Below, one piece after another: positions 35,495 through 48,149 of a DNA stretch of 64,000 nt. The position numbers and the translations under genes were made by a program. The stretch's first letter is position 1. Each line of letters begins with the position of its first letter. The notes under the pieces were generated by a model, which did no database searches, was not told where the DNA came from, and saw only the letters and a program-made list of their open reading frames with translations. Source of the DNA: Histomonas meleagridis 2922-C6/04-290x (taxonomy: Eukaryota; Protista; Parabasalia); NCBI GenBank assembly GCA_020184695.1, contig JAANOX010000266.1, forward strand, positions 463-64,462, in the 5' to 3' direction.

Positions 35495-36065
35495 TTAACA
35501 TAAAACAATAGAAATCAATAAATATTACAACATTCATTCACACCATCTTTGCCAAATTTAATTTTTATTCAAAAAAAAACATGACGAAAATTGTAAATTA
35601 TCCATAATGAAATCGAATTTAAATATTTTCTCATATAACAAATTGAGAGCCAATTTTTGAATGGAAATCACATCTAATTCAAATTCTCCATTATAATTGA
35701 ATCAGGTATTCACTTTTTGAAAAGGTAGTATTCAAATTTTTCACGGTTGTAGGATAGTATCGGAAATTCTCAAAAAACATTTGAATTAATGAGTAAACTA
35801 TTCGATTCAAAATTTTCATTCTCCTGATATAGATTATACATCATATCAAAATATGATTTTCATTTATATTTGATGAATTAATATAAATATTCATGAAATT
35901 GATTTATTATAAGATGACAGATTAACGTCCATTGGAACTTTTTGATTCATTTACATCACGACTTTTTGTGATATTTACATTATTGACTTTTCGTTATGTT
36001 AATTCTCTGATCATCTGTAATGGGGTGTCCCCATACAAAATTCTCAAAAAGTGGATCGGATAAAC

Positions 36066-36095
36066 TACAGTATATGACCCACTTTTTGATAATTT
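36066..36095 (+). mobile_element. Possible orphan Tc1/mariner-type terminus (TA|CAGTATATGACCCACTTTTTG)
   Basis: TA followed by CAGT, containing the locally repeated CCACTTTTTG motif. No matching partner end found. Confidence 0.35.
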
Positions 36096-36689
36096 TAATA
36101 CGAATTTTTATTTCCTTATTGCGAAATTACTTATTTGATATATCTTGAACATTGATTATTAATGTATGAGTCCATTCAAAAAGTGGAAAATATGAAGTCG
36201 TACGGATTTCCTCGTGCAACAGTGTTGTTATCAGTAGTACCTTGTATGACTGCAGATGTTAGTATATGCGAAAACAAAATAAATATAAACAAAAACATTA
36301 TTTCTTCAATATCTTAATAAATGAGTAAAATACAAAAAATTTCAAAATGCATATTTTTTGAAATCATTAGAAATTATTGAAACATATTCAAATTAAAATA
36401 TCGTTAACTATCATCATCAAGTATATAAATGAAACAAAAATGTAATATTTGAAGATTATAACGTGGCATAAGTGATTTTTCTCAGAATAAAACAAAATGT
36501 ACTACCTCTACTACATTTTGAAATTTCGGCATCAGAGAACTCATAGAATATTTTCAATTGATATAAAAATTGTTAATTTTGAATATTTATGCCAAAATTG
36601 CGCGGGATTTTAAATACATTTAAAAATAATTTATTTTTTATGATGTTTTCATCCATACCATTCCATTTATCCAACATACACTATCTAAA

Positions 36690-37960
36690 CATAGATTACA
36701 TGAACATAGATTTATGCATTGATCACCCCATTTCATCACATCTCATCATCCCATCACTTATCACATTCCATGTGGTCATTCTTGAAATCAAGTCTCTTGA
36801 TAAGTTTGTTTTCGAATTAAAAACCTTATGCAACGTTTCAGAATGGTTAGTACACCTTGCAATATGTAATGGTGAACGAATCCAAATTGCTCATTTTTCA
36901 ACATTATATAATGGATGTTCTGTGTTTTGATCCACCATACACTGAACGTCGGTGATTTTCTCAGGAATAGATTCTGGATCTTGTTGTTAAATACAAATTT
37001 TGATTTCATTTGCAATTTGTACTGATTCGATCAAATATTTATCTTCAGTAGTGCATTCTAATAGCCTTTGCACCCAATTTCGAAAAGACCGCCTCGAATG
37101 ATAAACGGTCGTTTTAAAAACTTAATTTTTTTTTTTATTTCATCGACAACAATAGAAATATGGATTTGTTGCTTTGAATGAGGCATCCAATTGTATATAT
37201 TGTGTTTCTGCTATTCTCTTGGGACACCATTCACAAACCCATGTAATTCTTTGGAGTTCAGTTTCATCATCCAGTTTCAATCCATTTTCAGAACTGTTTT
37301 GGACAACAAGTTCTACACAGGTAATCCACTGATAAGCTCATCTAGCCTTTGTTTAATACTCATTTTCGTTGTAGTTCTACAACCATATGTTCCTGGTTTC
37401 CTGAAAACCCCTCTGAATACTGCGTTCAAAATGTGGCTTGGAGCATTGTCTACTCTTCCAAAATATCGACCAAATTGGATTAGTGGGTGCGTATCCGGTT
37501 TTTCAATTGTCCATTTATTTTTCATTACATAAAAATACTCCATTTTCTTACTTATATTAAACCAATTTGTGTGATTTTTTAAATATACCTTTTGATTTTC
37601 AGTCCATTTGATACATATATTTCAAAAACAATGATATTTCCTTCGTAAATTTCGATAAGCTTATCAAAGCCATCCTTTCTTGATCTTATTATCTTATTGC
37701 AAACAAAGGTATTTGTCATGTAGGATAAAAAGTTCAAAAGTTTGAATATGTCCCAGCCTTTGGAAACAATAATTTCATGCTTACGGTGGTATGATATGAT
37801 ATCATTTGGATTCTTTCGATGGATTATATATGAATTCGATATTTCTTTCGGATTTTCATCTTTCTCTATTTCGAAAATAAACCGGCTTTTTTGTAAAGCA
37901 TATGTAAATATCTCAATACCAGAAATTTACTTATCCGAAGCAAGACAATGTTTTTGTTAA
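36690..37960 (-). mobile_element. Mutator-like (MULE) transposase pseudogene
   Basis: RITWVC...QYIQLDASFKATNPY (first catalytic D at 37185-37187) and AIWIR..HIARCTNHSETLHKVFN (catalytic E at 36837-36839). Many stops and frameshifts; central region deleted. Confidence 0.72.
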
Positions 37961-38039
37961 GCAGATGATTTATTTTGTAGATGTGTCACTTTTCGGATAT
38001 TTACTTTTGTAAAACAAGCCAAACAAATAGCAAACAGCT

Positions 38040-38406
38040 GTAACATTATTATTTTCTTCATTAATTTTAACAAATTCTTCATATAGAGTCAATACTTTAT
38101 CAATATCACTAAACATTTGAATTAAATAAGCATTATTCATAATATTTGATCCTGTAATAATATCACTTACTAATATATCATTTATTAAAACAAGATTTTT
38201 AATGCTGTTATCTAAAGGATTAATTATTATACGATTTTTTCCATAAGTATATATAAATGATTTATCTATACTATCTATCGTTAATGAACATATACCATTG
38301 CTAATAGTATCTGCTGTTTTGCTATGATTAGAATATACAACACTATTTTTAATTTAATAATAATTTTTACTATATTTTCTAATATTTCGTATTGTTGAAG
38401 TGTCAT
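38040..38406 (-). pseudogene. Relic gene B, copy 2 (frameshifted)
   Basis: Reverse-complement homology to 33976-34335. Confidence 0.65.
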
Positions 38407-38421
38407 TTTATTATATAATAA

Positions 38422-39243
38422 ATGAATATTTTTATTGTTAATAAAATGTTAAGTGAAAGACAACTTGATTATCGAGTGTCTGAATTATCCATAGAAGAAA
38501 ATTATACTAATTTAGATATAGAAGAATATGAAAGAGATTTAACGTATGTAAATAGAAATGTTGGTTATAATACATATCGTTACCCACAACGTTGGTTAGA
38601 GTCTCCTAGTCAGAATAAAGTAGTTGGAATAAGAAGACTTGATATAATACCTACTTCTTACGTAATTTCATTGAAATGTGTTATTAAAGATGGAACAGAA
38701 AACCCACCAGAAACTATTGTTAATATTCAAATTATGAGTCATAATACTTTATTAGAAATAATTATATATTTAATCAATTCTCTTAATGAAGCGTTTACTA
38801 ATGATCCCGGTTTTGAATACTTATATAATGAAAAAGGAGAACTTATGATTAATTGTGATTATGAATTTAAGTTTGTTGATCCTATTAATGGCGCATATGA
38901 TATAAATATAAATAATTTCTTAATATTCTCAAATCAAGATACTACAAACGATAATTATAGTATATTAAATAATTTCTTTAATGGTAAATCCTTTACTAAT
39001 GTTTGGAATAAAGTATATTTTAAATTCCGTGCATCATTCAGTGATAGTAAAAGAAGATTTATTGGTGTTAAAGGTGATTTTTATGAAACAATAAATGTTG
39101 TATATAATGCTCCTTCTGACGGATTTACTTTTAATATAAAATTTACATTTGATGGAAAGAATCCTATATATCCTATTTATTGTAGATTTATCATACAATT
39201 AGTATTCATGTATAATTATAAGAAAACAATAGTATTAAAATGA
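38422..39243 (+). CDS. Relic gene A, copy 2, intact (uncharacterised Maverick/Polinton-like protein)
   Basis: 273-aa beta-rich ORF starting at TATATAAATG, convergent with the PolB and 55 nt from its stop. No recognised catalytic motifs. Confidence 0.65.
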   Translation: MNIFIVNKMLSERQLDYRVSELSIEENYTNLDIEEYERDLTYVNRNVGYNTYRYPQRWLESPSQNKVVGIRRLDIIPTSYVISLKCVIKDGTENPPETIVNIQIMSHNTLLEIIIYLINSLNEAFTNDPGFEYLYNEKGELMINCDYEFKFVDPINGAYDININNFLIFSNQDTTNDNYSILNNFFNGKSFTNVWNKVYFKFRASFSDSKRRFIGVKGDFYETINVVYNAPSDGFTFNIKFTFDGKNPIYPIYCRFIIQLVFMYNYKKTIVLK

Positions 39244-39298
39244 ACAAAAATAATATAAGCGTCATATAATGACAGCGGGTCTAAAGACCTTAATATTT

Positions 39299-41507
39299 TT
39301 ATGATTCGATTAATGTTTTTATAGGATCTTCACTCTCTGAACATATATTTTTATATTTATTATTAACATGATATATATATTCATTATCAATATTTTTGGC
39401 AATCCAATTATCAGCTGATTTAATATATATTTCTTTAAATATATGTTCTATCTTAAACTGACCTAATTTATCGCCAATATATCCTAAGTTTTGTAATTTG
39501 ATATAATTATCTTCAGATATCAATAAAGAATCAACTTTTGAATAATATACTTTAGATATTAAACTTTTAATATGATTCATTTTATCATTAAAATTATTTA
39601 ATACTGATCTTGCAAATTGTGGATAAGTAAAGTGTTCTCTATAAGGTTTTATTGTATATACATAGTTATCTTCATCATATTTAATAACATAAGGTGCAAA
39701 TTCTTCAATATATTTATCAACATTAGTCTTTAACTTTTTATTAAAATTAGGTGGTTTTCTAATAGATGTTCCCCAACAACTATTCATCATAAATTTTAAT
39801 GTAGTAGCCAATTTATCATTACTAGACTCATTAGCTTTTATTCTTAAGTTATATAATACTTTTATAAGTTGCTTTATTTTATTATTTTCTCCTTTAAAAG
39901 CACCGTTATCATCTGGTTTACCTGTAGGTATTGATATTACAGATGACATATAAGCACCGTTTAAATCTATATAATAATATTTCCCAGTTAAATGTATTTG
40001 TTGCCATATAATTTTAGGAAATATACATTCATTACGTATTTTATTAGCAATATCATTTGATATTTCATATACACCATCAAAACACCCATATTCATACATT
40101 ATTTTTAACATTAAATCAGTATATCTATAGTATTTGACAACATCTATTTTATGAGATGAATTTTTAGTTATATTTACATCTATTAAATGTTGTAATTCAT
40201 TAATTCTGTATTTTATTTCTTTATCATCATCTAATTCATAACCAAATAACTTTTTGCCGTGTTTCATTCTTTTAACAAATTTAGGTATAAACTTTTTATC
40301 AGCCACGGCTACTAGCCTGTAGCTGTTATATGGTTTATTCACTGTTTTATAACTCCAGCATAATTTATTATAAGTATTAATATCCATAGGTTTTGATAAA
40401 TTACTTTGTTCCATAGTATCAATTAAATAGTATATAGATATATATTTATCAGTATATTCATCCGAAGTATTCAAGCCAATAAATTGGCGTTCTATAGTAT
40501 TATTTTTACTATAATTTTTGATACTGTCAATAGATATATTAACACTTTCATTTAACATATAATGATTATATATAATTATTAATTTTATAGTTTTATCATA
40601 TTGTTTTTCCATAATCTCTGTGAGTAAAATCTTTATTAGCCATATATCTAATATTAATAAGAATTTTTTTAATAAATTAGATATATCTTTTTAATTGTTA
40701 TAAAGGAACTGTTCTAGTATTTATAAAAGATCTTAACATATTAATTTCGTTATCTGTAAATAAATTGCTAGCAATAAATGATTGTATCAAACAAGACTCA
40801 TTGATATGTTCATTGTTGACGTTATTGAAAATACCATATTTTGTAAGATCTATATTAGTAGTATTAATATAAGGGAAGAATCCTGGATTAACTCTCTTAC
40901 CGTACTTTAAATCTTTAAATTCAAATTTTATAGATTTAATATTTTTAAAGGTTTCTAATGCTAAAGTGTTACTGTCACTAATATTATCTTTTTCATTAAT
41001 AATATCATATAAGAAGTTAACTGTATTCATATTTCCATGATAGTAAGATATATTATTATCATCACTAATTACAGTCATTCTAATATCTTTATTTATCTTA
41101 GCACCAACTGCCTTTATAGCATACATTAATGCATATAATATATCTTCTTTATTACTAAGGTCTTTGTTGTAAGTAAAATCTTTCTGAGTCATTAATTTTT
41201 TAATTAATTCTTTAGTTATATTGTTAATGGATTCATTCTGTTTTACAGGTTTCTCTACATGTTCATCTTCAGATAATGCTATATTATAATAATCATCAAA
41301 TGGATTTTTATATATATATTTACTACGTTTATTGTGTTTTATTTTATATTGCAATTGATTAACTGATAAACTAACATTTTGATTACTCATTTCATCATAT
41401 ACCTTATAAATGGTTTTAGTATTAATATGTACAAAATTGTCTGGTAGTGTATAACCATACTTATTGAACAGTTCTATCATCTGTTTTGTTGTTAGCTTCC
41501 TTGGCAA
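39299..41507 (-). pseudogene. Maverick/Polinton-type family-B DNA polymerase, miniaturised; N-terminal part separated by a stop and frameshifts at about 40610-40700
   Basis: Motif A YYIDLNGAYMSS, motif B LKFMMNSCWG, motif C YYSKVDS and LGQFKIE. The upstream ORF has GFFPYIN..DLTKYGIF...ESCLI, and the linker reconstructs as QLKDISNLL...DYGKQYDKTIKL...NHYM. Confidence 0.75.
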
Positions 41508-43263
41508 TATATTTATATAAAAATAAAAAAATAAATTTTATATAAAAAAATATATTTACAAAGAAAATATATAACACAGATGTTTTATATGGTTAAAATG
41601 TTTAATAAAATTAAAGATTATACTATATCATCATATGATTATGCACATTATTATAGAATATATGTAAACCTACCTGGACCACCTAATTTAAATATTGCTT
41701 GAAAATCTACTTTTGTCTTTCTTCTAATTAATTTTTTGCTTGTTCCTCTCTTTCTTTCGAATTTTTATGATCGATATCTAATCACATCAAATTACAAATA
41801 ATATCATTGATAATGATGAAATTTATATTTTATATCATATTTTATTACAATAAAATTTTATTTACTAAAAATATTCTTCTTGTAATTTTTATATACATAC
41901 CTTTTTGCAATTAGGCTCAGCAAATGGGCTTCAATAACGGAAAATACAATGATTTTGCGTACTTAATTTTTGTTGGAGTAATATGAAATTTAATATTTCC
42001 CCAACGGTTAAAAGTGGGCAATTTTTAATAACCGATATCATAGGTGGTTACACTTATAAAAAAATGCAAATATCTCGTCAAAAATAGTTGTCGAAATTTT
42101 TGGTCTTAATATAAAAAAAATATCTATACTGTAGAAATAATAAATTTAAATTATCAAATAAATTTATTATTAAATTTCTTAAAAATATAAGCTTTAAATC
42201 TTATAAAAAAAATGATTTCACTAATTTTTAACATAATAATAATGCAATTTGTCATATTTTTCGGAGGAGAATATGGTGAACTTAGTCACGCCCAATGGGA
42301 ATGTGTAGTTATAAAGATATAAAATTGTTATGTTGAACAAACAAAAATACCGAATTACTTACCGACACAATGTGTCATTTTTGTGATTTTTTTCAATTTA
42401 TTCGATGTCTTTGATCTATAGTTAGAGTATCTTTTAAAATCTGATGACAAATTTATAGATATTTTTCAAAATAGTTTCCTATATACATTGCATCATCTAT
42501 TATATATTATGTTTTATATATTATACGTTGCATGTTATAAAGTGTATTAGATAACCAAAAACAAAGACTTCTGAACATTTCAGTTAATACATGTCGACTT
42601 TTTGAGTGTAAAATATACTTTTTGAATGCCGGAGCGGTTATTGCAGTTATAATGAAATTTGCTACGAATTTATATGAAAATTTAAAAAATTGACGAAATC
42701 GACCACATAAGATATAAACCGGCTTTTTCTAAAATAATCTTATTATAGTAATTTGCCTACATAGAAATACTCTTTAGAGAAAATTGAACGCCTTTTAGAT
42801 TAAATTAAACGACTTTTAGATAATTTTTTATACCATTAATTATTATTCATGAATGAAGAAGTCCAAAAATCCAATACCAGAAAAGTACTTTTCTGAAGTC
42901 CAAGCGATAAATGTATTGAAAATATTCTATGAGTTATTTGATGCAGAAATTTCAATTATAGGTCATGCAGACAAAAAAACGTCATTTTCATAATATCTTT
43001 AAAATGTAGCAAAATTTTGATATTCCGAATATATGTTATTAATATATTACTTATTATTTTTAAATATGGTATTTTTTTTTTAGATATTATGATAAAATTA
43101 AAAAAAATTCATTTGAATTGGAAGATTTTATATTTTTAGTATGAACGATGAGTTTCGTACAAAAAATAAATATCTGGAAAGTTATTTAATCATATGGTTA
43201 AATTTTGATATTATTGGATTGATAGTTTTTGTAAAAAGTTTGAATTAATCATGGATTATGACG

Positions 43264-44836
43264 GATTTATTGGACCGTTAATTGAATGGAGCTCCCGAAT
43301 TTTGAAGGAATTGAACGTATCGGATTTTTCGATGTCGTAAACCATGCAAATAAAACATGTTTTTCAATGCTTATTCAATTATTTTCATGTTTGTAAAAAA
43401 ATATTTGCTCATTCAATTGTGTTTCAATAAAAATATTTTCGCATAAAATATTCTATTAAAATAAAAAATGACATACGATACAAAAATTCGAATTTTTTTG
43501 AAAATTCTTAATATTATGACGAGGAAATTGAATTGATTCAATTTTCAATCAACAATTGGTATCGTTGCATTCATCAATTGATATGTTTTGAAATTCGATG
43601 CTAGTCTGCAATAAAAATCGATAATTTGTGCGATTATAACGAAATCAAAATTTATTAATGAAAAATGTCGTTATTATTTATACGACCAGTTAATTATGAA
43701 TAAACATTTTTCAGATGATACTTATATAATGACCTCATATTTATGTAATCCCTCTTTTCCATTTACATATATAAATTAAAATACGATTAACACAATGATT
43801 AATATAATACAGCCAATATATCATCACAAACTATATATTTTTATGTATTTTATTAATTATATATAGTTGTTCAGCATTATAACGATTTATGTATTTTAAT
43901 TTTCGAATAATAAAATTCATGTTGTAAATAACCGATTATATTTTCTATTAATATCGTTTGATTTTCATTATATAATACAATATATCACATGCAAAATATA
44001 TATATCATCATGTGAATATTATATTATTATATAAAGTTGAATATTCTATTAAACATATTATTATTGCCAATTTAAAACATTTATTGTGACGAAAATATTC
44101 TTATCAATTAAAAATTGTAAATATTGACATATTATTTTCATTATATTCAGAAAATAATTGTTCATGTTAATGAATATATTATTCATATATTGAAAATTTA
44201 ACGATTCATTAAATGGCTCAATTTTGATCCGTGTTTTAATTATGGTATTGATCAAAATTTATTTATTTTCGATACGTAAATAGGTTTATGATATCTAATT
44301 TATATAAAATGTATCATATAATCTCATTAAAAATGGAATATCGTATTCAAGTCGAATAACATTATGACGATGAATACATATTTGATTTATTGCATCGAAT
44401 ATTCATCTAATTTTCGCGTAAATATTTTTTTATATGATTTGATATTAATATGAACATGAATTAACTTCGGTATAACATATGCGATCAGATGCTGGATCTT
44501 CACCGAATTACGTTTTTACTATTTCGTATTAAATTCGTCAAATTTTATTCCATATCAAAATTTAATGATTAATGCAACGATACGGATTGTTGATTGAAAA
44601 TTGAATCAATTCAATTTCCTCGTCATAATATTAAGAATTTTCAAATTCGAATTTTTGTATCGTATGTCATTTTTTATTTTAATAGAATATTTTATGCGAA
44701 ATTATTTTTATTGAAACACAATTGAATGATAATTGAAAAACATGTTTTATTTGTATGGTTTACGACATCGAAAAATCCGATACGTTCAATTCCTTCAAAA
44801 TTCGGGAGCTCCATTCAATTAACGGTCCAATAAATC
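43264..44836. mobile_element. Foldback element family A, copy 2 (interior inverted relative to copy 1)
   Basis: Arms at about 43264-43600 and 44530-44836 are reverse complements. Interior is homologous to 26290-27225 on the opposite strand. Confidence 0.85.
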
Positions 44837-46048
44837 AGACAACCGTCAAAAATCAATTCAAAATCAAAAACGATAGAATATTGAAATTTTGTTACGCATC
44901 GAACAACGACCACAATTGTATATAATGTGTATTGTTATCAAACTAAGATTCCTTTTTTGTAATCCCAAATAAATAAATTTGTGATGTACAAAATGTAGTA
45001 TTAAAAAATCATATTTTGGCATCGAGGATTAATAATATGAACAGAATAATCTAATTTTTCGAGAACCGCATGATTTGACTAGGTCTGTCAATCATATCAC
45101 TATAAAAAAAAATAAAAATAATCTCATCTATATTATATTTTTTGAGAAATCGTATTTAGACGTCGTAACGGTCGCCTGTTCTCAAAAATGATTACTTCAT
45201 TCATAGAAATTTTAAGAAAAATTCCTATTATTGTCATTTAACACCACAGTGTTATGCTGTGATATTAATGATATTAATAAAGATCAAATAAATATAATTC
45301 TATGTTAATCTTCATCATAATAAATAGTAATTGGGCCAGTGTAAGCAGCCGAAACTAATGTGATTATATAACGTTTCTAAAATGATAGATTGCTTCTTTC
45401 AGAGCCACCTTTGTTTGTAATGAAAAGATTTGAATAAATATCAGTGTGTGTATTTGAGGAAAAAGTAATAATTTGATAATATTTACCATCATTCAATTTC
45501 CCTTCTATCGTCACTTATCGTTGCCTCTATCGTTCAACATAAACCATGCAAAAGTCGATTTCTGTCACTTTTGATAATGAAAGAATAAATTTATCTTGTG
45601 CTAATCAAGATATAATTCTAAGTTCTTTATTAATCATAAATGTATATATTATATATCCATAATATCAAAATCGTAGAATGATCGCTATATACGAATTGCT
45701 GAAAACGGAAGTCAATTTTATATTCATGTATTAGAAGATTTGATGAAGATAGATATTTTGATAGAAGATATGCAAACAAACATAGGCAAAAAAAGTTGTG
45801 AATATCATTGAAAATAAATTTTTTATTTATCTCTAAATGTAAATTAATAAAATTATTTAAAGCTTTAATCAATAAAGATCAATATTATCACTGATTTCGG
45901 AAACAAGGGAAAATCAATAAATTATGCAATTTTCTCAAATATTTATTTTTTTATGCATATTGTAATAAAGACAAAATTCTAATGATTTACACATGACTAA
46001 ATAATACTAACGGTCTTCCTTGGGAGTGTATACAATATTTTTTATTTT

Positions 46049-46125
46049 TTATATGTTTATTAGACTTGTCCAATAAACATATAAACTTATTAGACTTGTC
46101 CAATAAACATATAAACTTATTAGAC
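46049..46125. repeat. 30-bp tandem duplication (x2.3) overlapping a 13-bp inverted repeat
   Basis: TTATTAGACTTGTCCAATAAACATATAAAC repeated; TTATATGTTTATT ... AATAAACATATAA stem. Confidence 0.85.
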
Positions 46126-46566
46126 AAGTATATTAAATTTGTTAATTTTAAACAACTTCATATATATTATGGAAATATTATACATCACCTAGCTATTTAG
46201 ATATTTAGAACTTTTCATTCTGGCTTTAACTTTTATCAAAATAAATGAAATTAATATTTTTATTTATTTTTTTAAAATAAATATATTTAATAATTAAAAA
46301 TTATTAGTAAGTTCATTATCAAAATATAAAATAACTTACATTAATAATATCAAAGTTTATACAAATGAAGACAAATATTTACTTATTGACTTATGTTAAT
46401 TAATTTGGTTTTTTGTCTGGTTTTCTGTTGAAACTTTAAATTTTTTCTCATTCTAACGCATTAATAATATTAATAAAATTCATATTAAAGAATTAATTTT
46501 GTCTTTTTGTTTGGTTTTGCGTTCAAATTTCGACATCATTTTTATTTATTTGATTTTTTAATATTG

Positions 46567-48149
46567 ATGATGTTTGCTCTTTTATTTTGCAATCTTATAA
46601 TTCCATCTTTTGGATTTTACTATAATAATACAAAAATACTTGCAATAAGAACAGACGAAGACTTTACAACTTCAAAAATATAAGAATACAACAAAAGGCT
46701 TAATAATTCAAGATGGAATCACATCAATACCATCACAAGCATTTAGAGCTTGGCCAAAGCTATCTTGGGTTTCCATTGAGGAATCAGTATTGTTTATTGG
46801 TGATAGGGCATTTTTAGAATGTTCCAATTTATCAATTGTTACCATTAATAGAAGTGTACATACAATATCATATGGTGCATTTTATAGATGTTCTAAATTG
46901 TCTGAAATTATTTTTGGTGACAATCTGGTTAAAATTGGCCATCATTCATTTGCTGAATGTTCATCACTTAAAGATGTTAAGTTACCAAAATCAGTTTCTT
47001 CGATTGAAGAATATGCATTTTCTGAGTGTGCTAAATTAGCAAATATCACTTTGGGAGAAAATTTAACCAAAATTAATTTGGGTGTATTTAATCAATGTTC
47101 ATCACTTGAAAGCATTAAATTACCAAATTCAATAACCTTAATCGAAGATTATGGATTTTCTTCTTGTTCTAAATTAAAAGAAATTACTATTGGAGGAAAT
47201 TTAACTAAAATTGGCGATTATGCATTTTCTTATTGTAACGTACTTTTAAGGTTTACATTCCCAAATTCGCTTTCTACAATTGGAAATTATGCATTTAATT
47301 ATTGTCCTAAATTATCAGAAGCTATTTTTTGGAGAAAAACTTAACTACAATAGGTAGATATGCATTTTTCTAATTGTAAAATCGCTTAAAAATATTACAT
47401 TACCAAATTCGATAAATACAATTGAAGATTTTACATTTTCTTATTGTGATCAATTATCAGATGTTAAATTTGGAAACAATTTAACTATGATTGGCGATAG
47501 TGCATTCCTTCTTTGTATTTCTCTCAAAAAAATCGAAACACCAGATTCAGTAACTTTAATTGGAACAATGGCATTTGGATTTTGTTCTAATTTATCAGTA
47601 CTTATTCTTTGTGAAAATTTAGCTTCAATTGGATTTAAAGCATTTTGTAATTGCACTTGTCTAACATGTGTTTATTATTGTGGCAACACAGAACCTAATG
47701 TTGATAACACAGCATTCGATTTTTGTTCTGTAGGATGTGTGATGACATTAAATATATATAATTCGTCAAAATTTGGTAAACTTAATGTTTCAGTTGGATC
47801 AAATATAAGTAATTGTAATCCATTTCCAACAAACTCATATACAAAATCAAGTACATTAACAAATTCACAAACAACAACAATAACAAACACAAATATATAC
47901 ACACAATCAACCACAATTACACCACCAAAAACATTTTCAGAATCATATATAAGATCTATCACATTATCTCATTCATTCTCAAAATCAAGTACATCATCAA
48001 AGTCATTATCATCAAACTCTAATTCGAAAACTATGGCAATTGTTGCTGTTTGTGTAAGTGTTTCTTCTATTGTAATTTTAATAGTTATTGTAGCAGCAAT
48101 TTTCATTATTATACGTAGAAGTAAAAGCTATAACAATGAAGTTATTTAA
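46567..48149 (+). pseudogene. BspA-like (TpLRR) surface protein with Thr/Ser stalk, TM helix and short tail, disrupted
   Basis: Signal peptide and IGxxAFxxCxxLxxIxLPxSLxxI repeats, then YYCG..P..., S/T stalk and TM helix. TAA at about 46681; frameshifts at about 46700 and 47330-47385, the latter in homopolymers. Confidence 0.85.
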
